A stretch of DNA of 64,000 nucleotides, taken from Eledone cirrhosa. Lineage: Eukaryota. This document shows, piece by piece, positions 1-11,844 of the stretch (the first letter of the stretch is position 1; the number at the start of each line of letters is the position of its first letter). The stretch lies in contig OZ024741.1 in NCBI GenBank assembly GCA_964016885.1, positions 237,584,001-237,648,000 on the forward strand. The letters are read 5' to 3'. The position numbers and the translations under genes were made by a program. Under the pieces are notes generated by a model. It was not told where the DNA came from, ran no database searches, and saw only the letters and a program-made list of their open reading frames with translations.

Positions 1-672
1 AATAGTAATATACGCGAACGGCAAAGCATAAGCGAACTAAGGGAAAAATTAGAAATAAGAGGGATCAGATGTTGTTTACTCGAGAGAAGGCTACGTTGGT
101 ATGGTCACGTGATGCACATGAAAGACGACAGCTGTATAAAAAAGTGCAGGGCAATAAAGATAGACGGTAGCCACGGAGTAGGCAGACCCAGAAAAACCTG
201 GGACGACCTGATAAATTCCGACACTGGACCGAGATCTTTGGCGGTACTCAGTAATAGAGTAGACCCGCCTTACCTAAATACAAAGTAAAAGCTACTACAG
301 TCAGTAGGCATCTCTAACAAAATACCCCCCCCCCCCCACACACACACACATCCACACCGCCCCTTTCAATGTAAAGTTATGCTGGTGCCACAACATCCAG
401 GCCGAAACAAATGAGATCGTGTAGGTGTCACGACAAAAAAACACACAGTCCACGCTGTAATGTGGCCGTGTATGTAACACTGTAAAAACCTCCCAGTCCC
501 ACACTGTAAATGTGGTTGGTGTTAGGAAGGGCATCCAGCTGTAGAAAACCCGCCAGACAGTCCTATGCGAGCAAGACAACCACTCTTGCCTCAAGTGGGA
601 AAACTCCCGTCCAAACCCATGCAAGCGTGGAACATGGACGTTAAACGATGATGATGATGATGATGATGATGA
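1..672 (+). mobile_element. RTE-clade LINE (family A), 3' end of ORF2 plus 3' UTR with (GAT)n tail; runs off the left edge
   Basis: Near-identical reverse complement of about 4827-5360. Encodes ...RRLRWYGHVM...GRPRKTW..., has a ~32-bp deletion near 222 relative to that copy, and ends in GGACGTTAAAC(GAT)n. Confidence 0.85.
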
Positions 673-974
673 TCCTCTCATAAGTATACTGTATATATCT
701 ATCTATATACATATGAAACAAATTTTAAAATTACTTTATCAATACATAATAATGAAAATGTCCATTCACTGTATATGGTTAAATTTTCTATTTGATATTC
801 TGTAGTATTAATCATATATCCCATGCAATGTTCAGGTTGTCAGCTGTAGTGAGGTGAAATATTGAAGTGCCTGAGGGGATCTGAAATATCTGAAAACCTA
901 AGGATCCAGCCAAGCTTGGTTTTGTAGTCGTTATTGATTTACTATATATCCTTCTATATTATACTTCTATACTA

Positions 975-3150
975 TCATACCTCAAGAGTGTCACACCATC
1001 AGATTATCATGACACCAAACTTTTATACCATCAGACCGCATATCATTAGACTGTCATTCTATCAGACCACCATACCATCAAACTTTTATACCATCAAACT
1101 GTTGTACCATCAGACCTCCTATCACTAGACTGTCATACTATCAGACCACCATACCATCAAACTTTCATATCATAAGACCTCATATCACTAGACTGTCATA
1201 TTGTCAGACCACCATACCATCAAACTTTTATACCATCAAACTGTCATATCATCAGACCTCATATCACTAGACTGTCATATTATCAGACCATCATACCATG
1301 AAACTTTTATACCATCAAACTGTCATACCATCAGACCTCATATCACTAGACTGTCATATTATCAGACCACCATACCATCAAACTTTCATATCACTAAACT
1401 GTCATATTATCAGACCATCATACCATCAAACTTTCATACTATAAGACCTCATATCACTAGACTGTCATATTATCAGACCATCATACCATCAAACTGTCAT
1501 ACCATCAGACCTCATATCACTAGACTGTCATATTATCAGACCACCATACCATCAAACTTTTATACCATCAAACTGTCATACCATCAGACCTCATATCATT
1601 AGACTGTCATATTATCAGACCACCATACCATCAAACTTTTATACCATCAAACTGTCATACCATCAGACCTCATATCATTAGACTGTCATATTGTCAGACC
1701 ACCATACCATCAAACTTTTATACCATCAAACTGTCATACCATCAGACCTCATATCATTAGACTGTCATATTGTCAGACCACCATACCATCAAACTTTTAT
1801 ACCATCAAACTGTCATACCATCAGACCTCATATCATTAGACTGTCATATTGTCAGACCACCATACCATCAAACTTTTATACCATCAAACTGTCATACCAT
1901 CAGACCTCATATCATTAGACTGTCATATTATCAGACCACCATACCATCAAACTTTTATACCATCAAACTGTCATACCATCAGACCTCATATCATTAGACT
2001 GTCATATTGTCAGACCACCATACCATCAAACTTTTATACCATCAAACTGTCATACCATCAGACCTCATATCATTAGACTGTCATATTGTCAGACCACCAT
2101 ACCATCAAACTTTTATACCATCAAACTGTCATACCATCAGACCTCATATCATTAGACTGTCATATTGTCAGACCACCATACCATCAAACTTTTATACCAT
2201 CAAACTGTCATACCATCAGACCTCATATCATTAGACTGTCATATTGTCAGACCACCATACCATCAAACTTTTATACCATCAAACTGTCATACCATCAGAC
2301 CTCATATCATTAGACTGTCATATTGTCAGACCACCATACCATCAAACTTTTATACCATCAAACTGTCATACCATCAGACCTCATATCATTAGACTGTCAT
2401 ATTGTCAGACCACCATACCATCAAACTTTTATACCATCAAACTGTCATACCATCAGACCTCATATCATTAGACTGTCATATTATCAGACCACCATACCAT
2501 CAAACTTTTATACCATCAAACTGTCATACCATCAGACCTCATATCATTAGACTGTCATATTATCAGACCATCATACCATCAAACTGTCATACCATCAGAC
2601 CTCATATCATTAGACTGTCATATTGTCAGACCACCATACCATCAAACTTTTATACCATCAAACTGTCATACCATCAGACCTCATATCATTAGACTGTCAT
2701 ATTGTCAGACCACCATACCATCAAACTTTTATACCATCAAACTGTCATACCATCAGACCTCATATCATTAGACTGTCATACTATCAGACCACCATACCAT
2801 CAAACTTTCATATCATTAGATTGTCATACCATCAGACCTCATATCATTAGACTGTCATATTGTCAGACCACCATACCATCAAACTTTTATACCATCAAAC
2901 TGTCATACCATCAGACCTCATATCATTAGACTGTCATATTGTCAGACCACCATACCATCAAACTTTTATACCATCAAACTGTCATACCATCAGACCTCAT
3001 ATCATTAGACTGTCATACTATCAGACCACCATACCATCAAACTTTCATATCATTAGATTGTCATACTATCAGACCACCATACATCAAATTGTCATATTAA
3101 TAAAGACTGTCATACCATCAAACCATTGTACCATCAAACTATCAGACCAT
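975..3150. repeat. 79-bp minisatellite built from five 15-16-bp subunits
   Basis: Unit ATACCATCAAACTTTT-ATACCATCAAACTGTC-ATACCATCAGACCTC-ATATCATTAGACTGTC-ATATTGTCAGACCACC. ORF-track starts recur every 79 bp (1691, 1770, 1849...). The core is homogeneous and the edges are degenerate. Confidence 0.95.
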
Positions 3151-3534
3151 ATAACCTAAGAGTGACATTTGAGCATCTGACACCCCACCACTGGCACTCT
3201 CCCATTTACTCTCTTGCTGCTCACAATGGAGGTGAGATGTCTTTGATCTCAATCAGTCTACTCTGTCCTCCATCACAACAGGTTAGGAGAGCTATGTATG
3301 AAACATTGCATCCCCATTCCTGCCTCTTTTCTATTACCTCCTTCCACACTGTCTCTCTCATTTCTCCTCCCTCTACCACCCCTTATTTCAATCCCTTCTG
3401 CCTTTCCTACCCCCCCCCCCTCACTCTGGTCCTATTGTCATTGCTATTCCTGCTATTCACCTTTTGGGTCATATTGCCTTGATTGACAGGAGAGTATTTA
3501 GGGTATTTGCACACTAGTGAGCAAACTCACTAGA

Positions 3535-3822
3535 GTTCGGGCCACAATAAAATGTACCTAATACACTCTGTAAAGTGGTAGTGATCAAATCAAGATGATT
3601 TAGGGTTAAGATGGTCCTTTCATCCTATTAAGGACAACAATTTCTCTAGCCCAGCTCATACTGTAAAGTAGTTGATGTTAGGAAGGGCATGCAACTGTAG
3701 AACCCCTACTAAAAATGGAGTATAGATGTGTGATATGACTCTCCAACCAGTTTAGTCTCTACCTGTGATGATCTGTCCAACCAATGCAAGCATGGAAAGC
3801 AGATGTAAAATGATAATGATGA
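3535..3822 (+). mobile_element. Degenerate RTE/SINE 3'-tail fragment
   Basis: TACACTCTGTAAAGTGG, GTTAGGAAGGGCATGCAACTGTAGAA and ATGCAAGCATGGAAAGCAGATGTAAAATGATAATGATGAT match the tail module at 500-672. Confidence 0.6.
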
Positions 3823-3959
3823 TACACATACATATATGTATATATTTATACATATGAAACATGTGATAGCTTTAAAAGTCATTCTTTTAAGTCATCACAC
3901 TCCTCCGTTTACATTCATTATAAACCTATATATATATATATATATTTTTCTCTCTCTCT

Positions 3960-4736
3960 CGTCTGCGACTTCACAGAACTTATGTTTACCGAATTCGCAG
4001 ACCAGACCCCTTCTTCCTCCCGTTAGACCTGTGCGAAATTCCTTCCTTGCTCACATTTCAACCAGGTTTGATGGTCTTTATTCTCTCGTTCACGATTCCA
4101 CCGAATTTATATTCATAGAAATCTGGGACTTGTTTCCTTCTTCATCACTTTCTGCTGCTTAAACCATTTTGTTTGTTTACCCTAGCGTCCCCTTTATTTA
4201 CGTGTCCCAACGACTTTTTTTAGCCGTTGCTCGCACCAACCTGAGGTATATGGCCTTTAATGCGACGAAATGCCTACGACGGTTGGATGGCCACTGATGA
4301 GGACAAACTTTTTCATATATATATATATGTACACGTACATACACATATGTATACAGACGTACAGTTGTATGTATATATATACATACATGCACACATATAT
4401 ATATGTACGTATGGATTCACCGAACATTTATTATAATGCTCAGTGTGTTTGTAAACAAACATCCCATATTAAGCCGCAGTGTCCAGCAACCATCGTTGCT
4501 CGTTTGTTCAACACTGACAAAGGAACGCTGTACTAGTTTCAAGCTTATTAGCTATCGTCAGCAACGTATTCCTTCCTGCCAGATTGTTGAACGTATATAC
4601 TTACCTTATGCATATTAATGGCTGAGTAGCCCAATTTGCATATCGAGTGGGTTAATCGGCCGGGTGCACCGAAAACGATAAACGGAAAAAATGAAACGAA
4701 ATTTCATTTCCCACTCTTAGTACGGCTGTTACTTAA

Positions 4737-4741
<5 letters not shown>
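3960..4741. promoter_or_regulatory. Candidate promoter/first-exon region (CpG-enriched, mostly non-repetitive)
   Basis: Visibly more CpG than its flanks. Overlapping CCAAT and ATTTGCAT octamer at about 4631-4642. Consensus minus-strand splice donor AAG|GTAAGT at 4605/4604. Confidence 0.35.
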
Positions 4742-4826
<85 letters not shown>

Positions 4827-6688
4827 CATCATCATCATCATCATCGTTTAATGTCCATGTTCCACGCTTGCATGGGTTTGGACGGGAGTTTTCCCACTTG
4901 AGGCAAGAGTGGTTGTCTTGCTCGCATAGGACTGTCTGGTGGGTTTTCTACAGCTGGATGCCCTTCCTAACACCAACCACATTTACAGTGTGGGACTGGG
5001 AGGTTTTTACCGTGTTGCCTACACAGGTTGCCTACAAAGGTTTTACTTTGTATTCAGGTAAGGCGGGTCTTCTCTATTACTGAGTACCGCCAAAGATCTC
5101 GGTCCAGTGACATTGTCTTGGAGAGGTGTAAGTGTGTGAGGTCGGAATTTATCAGGTCGTCCCAGGCTTTTCTGGGTCTGCCTACTCCGTGGCTACCGTC
5201 TATCTTTATTGCCCTGCACTTTTTTATACAGCTGTCGTCTTTCATGCGCATCACGTGACCATACCAACGTAGCCTTCTCTCGACTAAACAGCATCTGATC
5301 CCTCTTATTTCTAATTTTTCCCTTAGTTCGTTTATGCTTTGCCGTTCGCGTATATTACTATTACACATCCAGCGGAGCATGCAAGCTTCATTCCTCTCTA
5401 GTCTGCGTATATCCTCTGCACACAATGCCCAGGTCTCACTGCCATGCAACATTGCTGTTCGTATGCAGGCATCATACAGCCTGCCTTTCATTTTTAGGGA
5501 GAACCCTTTAGCGGCTAATAGTGGTATAAGCTCTCTGAACTTTTTCCATCCAGTTTTGACTCTAGCTACTGTACTTTCAGAGCACCCTCCCCCACTGCTG
5601 ATTTTGTCACCCAGGTAACGGAAGCTGTCCACTATTTCTATAGAACCCTCTGCGCAATTGAAAGAGTTAGTATTTTGTGGGAATTGCTGCTACTTATTGC
5701 ACCAGAGCACCGGCCACATGTAAAATCTATGTTCTTAGTTAGCTTACCTGTGATCCCACTACATCTTTTATGCACCCATACTTTGCATTTGGGACAGAAA
5801 ATGGAGTTTCTACCTACGCCTTTCCTACACACTGAGCATGGCCATTTCCCGGAAGGGACCAGTGCCTCATTTTCTTTCCTACAAACTAGAACTTTAGTCT
5901 TAGCCAGGTTAATTTTAAGGCCTTTTGATTCTAGGCCGTGCCTCCATGTTTGGAATTTCTTCTCTAGCTCGGTCATTGATTCAGCTATGAGCGTTAGATC
6001 AACTGCGTATAGGAGTTCCCATGGGCAGCCGGTCTTGAACTCCACTGTTATAGCCTGTAGGGCAATAATAAATAGTAGGGGGCTAAGAACAGAGCCCTGA
6101 TGAACACCAACTTTTACGCTAAACTCTTCACTATATTCGTTGTTAATTCTAACCTTGCTGACTGTTTCTTTATACATGGCTTGTATAGCTCTCACAAGCC
6201 AGTCATCAACACCTAGTTTTCTAAGAGCCCACCAGATAATGGAACGGGGGTCTCTGTCGAAGGCTTTCTCCAAGTCGACAAAAGCTAAGTACAGGGGTTT
6301 ACTTTTAGCTAGGTACTTCTCCTGTAGTTATCGTACAATGAAAAGAGCGTCTGTGGTACTTTTGCCTGACACAAACCCGAACTGCATTTCATCTAGATCA
6401 ATTCTCTTTCTGATTAGTTGCACTATTACTTTTTCCGTGACCTTCATGACCTGGTCGATTAATTTAATGCCTCTATAGTTACTCCTATCTAGGGCGTCTC
6501 CTTTACCCTTGTAACAGTTAATGATGATGCTGCTACGCCAGTCCTTCGGAACAACCCCATTCTGTATGACTTGGTTTACTATCCGGGTGACCATGGTGTG
6601 TCCCACCATTCCAGAGGCTTTCAGCATCTCAGCAACTATTTCCGAAGGCCCAGCCGCCTTACCCGTCTTCATATCTTTGATTGCTTTA
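4827..6688 (-). mobile_element. RTE-clade LINE (family A), 5'-truncated, disrupted reverse transcriptase
   Basis: RT motifs GKAAGP, NYRGIKL, QFGF, FVDLEKAFD, GVHQGSVLSPLLF, YAVD (for YADD), FRYLG, RRLRWYGHV. In-frame stop at about 6328, frameshift near 5640, (GAT)n tail at 4827-4846. Confidence 0.93.
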
Positions 6689-7859
6689 CTTCCTTATTAT
6701 ATATATATATATATATATGGGGGAGGGGGTATGAGAGTGTGTGTGTCTGTGTTTATGCCCTGAAACAAAAAAGAGATCAATAAAGTACCAGACATAAAAA
6801 TTTGTACTGGTGTTGATATGATTGACTAAACCAAGGAGGTATCTTAGCATGGCCACTGTCTATTGACTGAAAGAAGCAAAATAGTAAAAGAATATACATA
6901 TGTGTACGTACATATATTGTTTTTCTAATTGATTTTTATTAATTTAAATCCCAGAACTGTCTCTCCTACCTTTCTTTCCATAATTAAACTCTTATGATAT
7001 TAATATTTTTTGTATCACCATGGGTGTGATTTTAATTAAAATTTCTTAGCTCACTATATTAAATCTTAGCATCCTTATACGTAGAAATATAATTCAAAAT
7101 TAAAAGTGTATATATGTTTATTTTCAATCTTTTTATTTTCCAGACAAAGAAATTCTCAAAATGGATTCCATTTGATTTCTGCTTGAAACACTGCAGGAAT
7201 ATTACATTTGGTATAAATATGGTCAATATGAAAGGATCAACTGCTACTGAGCCGCCATCTTTAATATTACCAAACCCTGTCATATGTGACTTCACATAGT
7301 CTATGCTATCTCTCTCTTTTCTCTTTTAATCATTCACTTCCCAAATTTGGTAATTGGATTTAAAGAAATCTTCCTTGTGAAAGACATTAAGACATTGTCA
7401 GTTTCTTTAAAATGTCCCATTCATGTGATGCAACACAAAGAAAGAAAAATGGAAAAGCGAAACAAAACAATTGTTCTTATATAACTGATAGTGATTGATT
7501 GGTAAAATAATGAAGAAAGAACAGTGAAATCTTTCTGTTATAAAACCCGGTTACAAAGGAGCAATGGAAGTGTCTGTGTAAAGATAATGAATACTTAAAA
7601 GTGAAGTGAGAATTTTGTCATAGATATACACACCCTATATATACACATACATCTATGTAAATGTATTTGCTTACACACATATATACGTACATAAGTGATT
7701 AATATATATATATATACATACATATATACATACATACATACATGCACACATATGTGTTTAATCCTAAACCAAATTATATATTTTATCAGTCTCAGATCAT
7801 GAAAATCATTGTGAATACTGTTATAACAGAAGACATGGTATCTCATATCTAGTATTTTC

Positions 7860-7945
7860 CCAGTTAACTTATATAACCAGTTAACCTATACAACCAGTTA
7901 ACATATAACTTCAGTTAACCTAACACAACTACTTAACCTATACAC
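7860..7945. repeat. Short ~17-bp tandem repeat with CAGTTAAC core
   Basis: Four CAGTTAAC copies plus one degenerate copy, just upstream of the ZNF start codon. Confidence 0.75.
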
Positions 7946-8030
7946 AGTTTATTCTATACATACTACCCCAAAAGAACACACAAACTTTCTTCTATGGTAT
8001 AAATAATACAAGCTGAGTTTCAATTTGAAA

Positions 8031-8504
8031 ATGGAGGGTTACATGAGTGACAAGACCATCCATTGCAATGTCCCCAGCCAACAGTTCCAGCCTCATTATG
8101 CCCTGCCAACACATGGCAGGATGTCTCATGCTGCTGAAAAGCAGTTTTCTATGGACATGTGTAGTAAACAGTTTGCTCAGAGCTGTTATTTCCAAGCTGC
8201 TGTCTCTCACGACAGACCAATGATTGTACCATGTGGCAATATATATGCTAAACAATATGCATCTCAGAACTGTTACCTGCAAGCAGCTGCTGCCTCACTG
8301 TCTCTGAATGACCAGCGCTGTCAACAAAGCCCGAGTCACATGACCACATCACACCCACAGAGCCCACTGCAAGGCTCAGTTTTAAGACAAGCCCATGACC
8401 AGCACATTTCAAACCAGAGTCACCATGGGCAAGTACTGGAGCCACTCTCCATTGAAAAACCATCTCTGCTGTCACCAAGAAGCAGTTCTGCTGAGTCCTG
8501 TCAA

Positions 8505-8536
<32 letters not shown>

Positions 8537-8589
8537 ACGGCAGCAGCAGCAGCAGCAACAACAACAACAACAGCAACAGCAGCAGCAGC

Positions 8590-8621
<32 letters not shown>

Positions 8622-10292
8622 ACACAACCTCAACAGCAACCAGAAGCTTCCAAACCATTTGTAAGCCACAACACATCTACCAAAACACTGCTGCCTCCCA
8701 ACCACCTTCACCACCACCACCACCACCACCACCACGCCCATGGTAATCACAGTATTAGTTATCATCATCATCATCATGTTCATAATAGCAACAACAGTAG
8801 CAATAGTTGCTGTGGTGGTGGTGGTGGTGGTGGTGGTGGTGGTGGTGGTAGTAATTGTAGCAGTAGTAGTAATAGCTGCAGAGCAAACAGTGTAACTACT
8901 CCAAACAGTATCACTCCTACCCCTACCTCTCCTGTTTGTGGTAGCAACAACAGCAACAACAGCAACAACAACAACAGCAACAACAGCAACAACAACAACA
9001 GCAACAACAACAACAACATCAGTACTAATAACAGCAGTAATAACAGCAGCAAAATCAATATCAACAGCAGTAGCAACAACAGCAGTAGTAGTAACAGCAA
9101 TAACGACAACAGTAATAACAATAACAACAGTAACAATAGCCTCAGCAAGACCATCAACAACAACAGCAGCAGCAGCAGCAATAACAACAGTAACAACAAC
9201 TGCGAGGAAAAGAACATAAAATGTGTAAAACCCTTCCATTGTACTGATTGTCCAAAACAGTTTGCACAGAGACACACACTTCAAATTCATAAGAGATCCC
9301 ACACAGGAGAAAAACCATTCCATTGTGACACTTGTTCTAAGCAGTTTGCTCGACGTGACAACTTGAAAATTCACCAACGTATTCACTCGGGTGAAAAACC
9401 ATTCACTTGTGAGTTTTGTCAGAAAAAGTTTGCCAGAAATGACAAACTTCAAATACACAGGCGTTCACACACAGGTGAAAAACCATTTCCCTGTGATTTC
9501 TGCTGTAAGCAGTTTGCACAGAGAGATAAACTAAGGATGCATCGCAGGACACACACTGGAGAGAAGCCATATTCTTGTGATGTATGTTCAAAATGTTTTG
9601 CCCAACGAAACACTCTCCAAACTCATAAACTAACACATTCTGGAGAGAAACCCTTCCAGTGTCAACTCTGTCCCAAACAATTTGCTCGTAAAGATCACTT
9701 GCAGATTCACACACGAACTCATACAGGAGAGAAACCATTTCAGTGCAGTGTTTGCCCAAAGAAGTTTGCACGTCGAGATAAGCTGCAGATGCACCAAAGA
9801 ACTCATTCTGGGGAAAAACCTTTTTGTTGTTCCCTTTGTCCTCGGCAATTTTCCCGCAAGGATAAGCTACAGATCCACCACAGGGTACATTCTGGTGAGA
9901 AACCATACGAGTGTGGAGTTTGCATGCGCCGATTTGCCCAGCGGGACCGCCTCCAGCTACACCAACGAACCCACACAGGGCTAAAACCATACCCGTGTGA
10001 CCTGTGTATCCAGAGGTTTGCCCGCCGGGACACGTTACAAATCCACCGAAGGACTCACACTGGAGAGAAACCCTTCCATTGTGAAGTCTGTGGTAAAGCT
10101 TTCTCCCAGACGGGCAAACTACAACGACACAGACGAACACATAAGCAATTAAGAAAGAGCAGTGGGAGTGGAGCTGTTGGGTCTACTTTAGGGTCTGGGC
10201 TAGGGGCTGGAACAACAACTGCTGCTAATTCATGTAAGAATGTTAAAGAGTACACCCCGTTAAATACTATTTTGTGGCAGACTATATATTAG
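8031..10292 (+). CDS. C2H2 zinc-finger transcription factor, 11 tandem fingers, N-terminal polyQ/polyH/polyG/N-S-rich region
   Basis: Uninterrupted ORF with first ATG at 8031 (track starts at TTG 8025). Eleven CxxC-x12-HxxxH units joined by TGEKP-type linkers at 9240-10142. An upstream coding exon cannot be excluded. Confidence 0.93.
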
Positions 10293-11844
10293 TAATTATC
10301 AATAGTTATGTGAGAAGTTTGTGTCATTTACAGGGACACAACTACAGGGTTAGCTTTATTATCTGTCACTAAGTGTAAACATTAGCCTTTTGGTGTTGTC
10401 CCAAACTGGCCTGAATGGTTATCACTAAATAATGGTAAATGGAACTGATATGTTGTCTGGCCCTAACATTTTTGAAGTCCAGTTTATCTTTCATTATTCC
10501 ATCAATTTTTCTTAGTGAATCTTTGACTCAATTTTCCTGAATTAGTTCTGTGAAATTCATTCAGTTAATGGTGAAGAGGTGGTCAACATTTGACAAAAGT
10601 AATAATCTGGTTCTTCAGTAGTTTAGTTTCACTCTCGGTCGATTGGTCTGAAGAGCAAATATCTTTAGATGTAAATAGGAAATGACAATCCTAATTAATT
10701 CAACATTTCTCTTCAACATCCCAATATATTCTTACTCATGAAACATCCCATAACCTCCCCAGCTCCTACTACATTCCGAGTCGAGAGGGGGATAAAAGAA
10801 ATAAAAAACATACTTTAAAAAATATTAATTTTAATAAGAGTTTTTAAATAATTATTTGAAGCAAAAGTTATATAATTTATTTATAAATTAAAAAATATTA
10901 ACATAAAAAATGATTGCTATCATCATTATTGACATGTGTGTTTCTCTATCAGTTGGAAGTTAGGCAGTTCTGGGAGGCTGTATTTGGCATTTGACTCCTC
11001 AGAGTATATATTTTTCAAATTATATATTCTTCAAACTAATTAGAGTAGCTAATATGTAAGTTTATGGTCAGTGGGTGGGACAGGAGTGGATCCAATAGGA
11101 GAAGGATCCATCATGCCCCCTTCCACATGCACATGCACACACACAGCCTGCCTTTGTGAGGTGTATCACTGTTGTTGATGCAAAGTCTCCCAGTTTTTAT
11201 AGTGTTAAACCTAGTGGATACATTTGATATTAAGTTGAGAGACCTTACCCTCCAGCCTTGACTACTGTTACATAGTGTCTACAGAATGAAAGGAATGTGA
11301 AACAATGTTGTCTCCTGGGATAAGCTGCTAATCTTTCACAAGTTAACTTCTCACCAACTAAGTTCTGTAGAGTTAACTGTATTGCCCCAAAAAGAAAGAG
11401 AAGTAATCCATCATGTTTGTAATGGGAAATGCACACACAAATTATGAGTTAGAATATCTTACCCATAAAACCATCATAACACCCCATCAGCTATCAAACA
11501 TTAGGTGTCTTTACCAAGATCCTACATGGACACTCAACTTGATTCAAGGTGTGCCTGTATAAATAATAAAAATATTATAATTACTATAATTACGACTGTA
11601 ACCCACTTCCCAAAAAACCCAAAACAGCATATATATGTGAAAAAAAAAAAAAAATATATATATATATATGTATAAATAGCGAGATATAAATATATGTACA
11701 TACATGCACATATATATATGTACATATCTTTCTATATCATCATCATCATTTATGTGTGTGTGTGTTTGTTTTTCAGTTCAATAATCCATGTTGCTTGATC
11801 TGAGCAACAAACGAACTATGGTTTAAAAGCATAAGTACTCCATG

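Noticed and set aside
1201-3159. Repeated 75-aa ORFs, and a possible CRISPR-like array
   Set aside because: The ORFs are translations of the 79-bp tandem unit starting at TTG. There are no unique spacers and no cas genes, and the context is eukaryotic.
4827-6688. Active or domesticated reverse transcriptase gene
   Set aside because: 5'-truncated, with an in-frame stop, a frameshift and a mutated catalytic motif.
8248-10255. Antisense and alternative-frame ORFs (polyL, polyV, polyT) over the ZNF gene
   Set aside because: Shadows of the codon repeats and finger array, with no independent coding signal.
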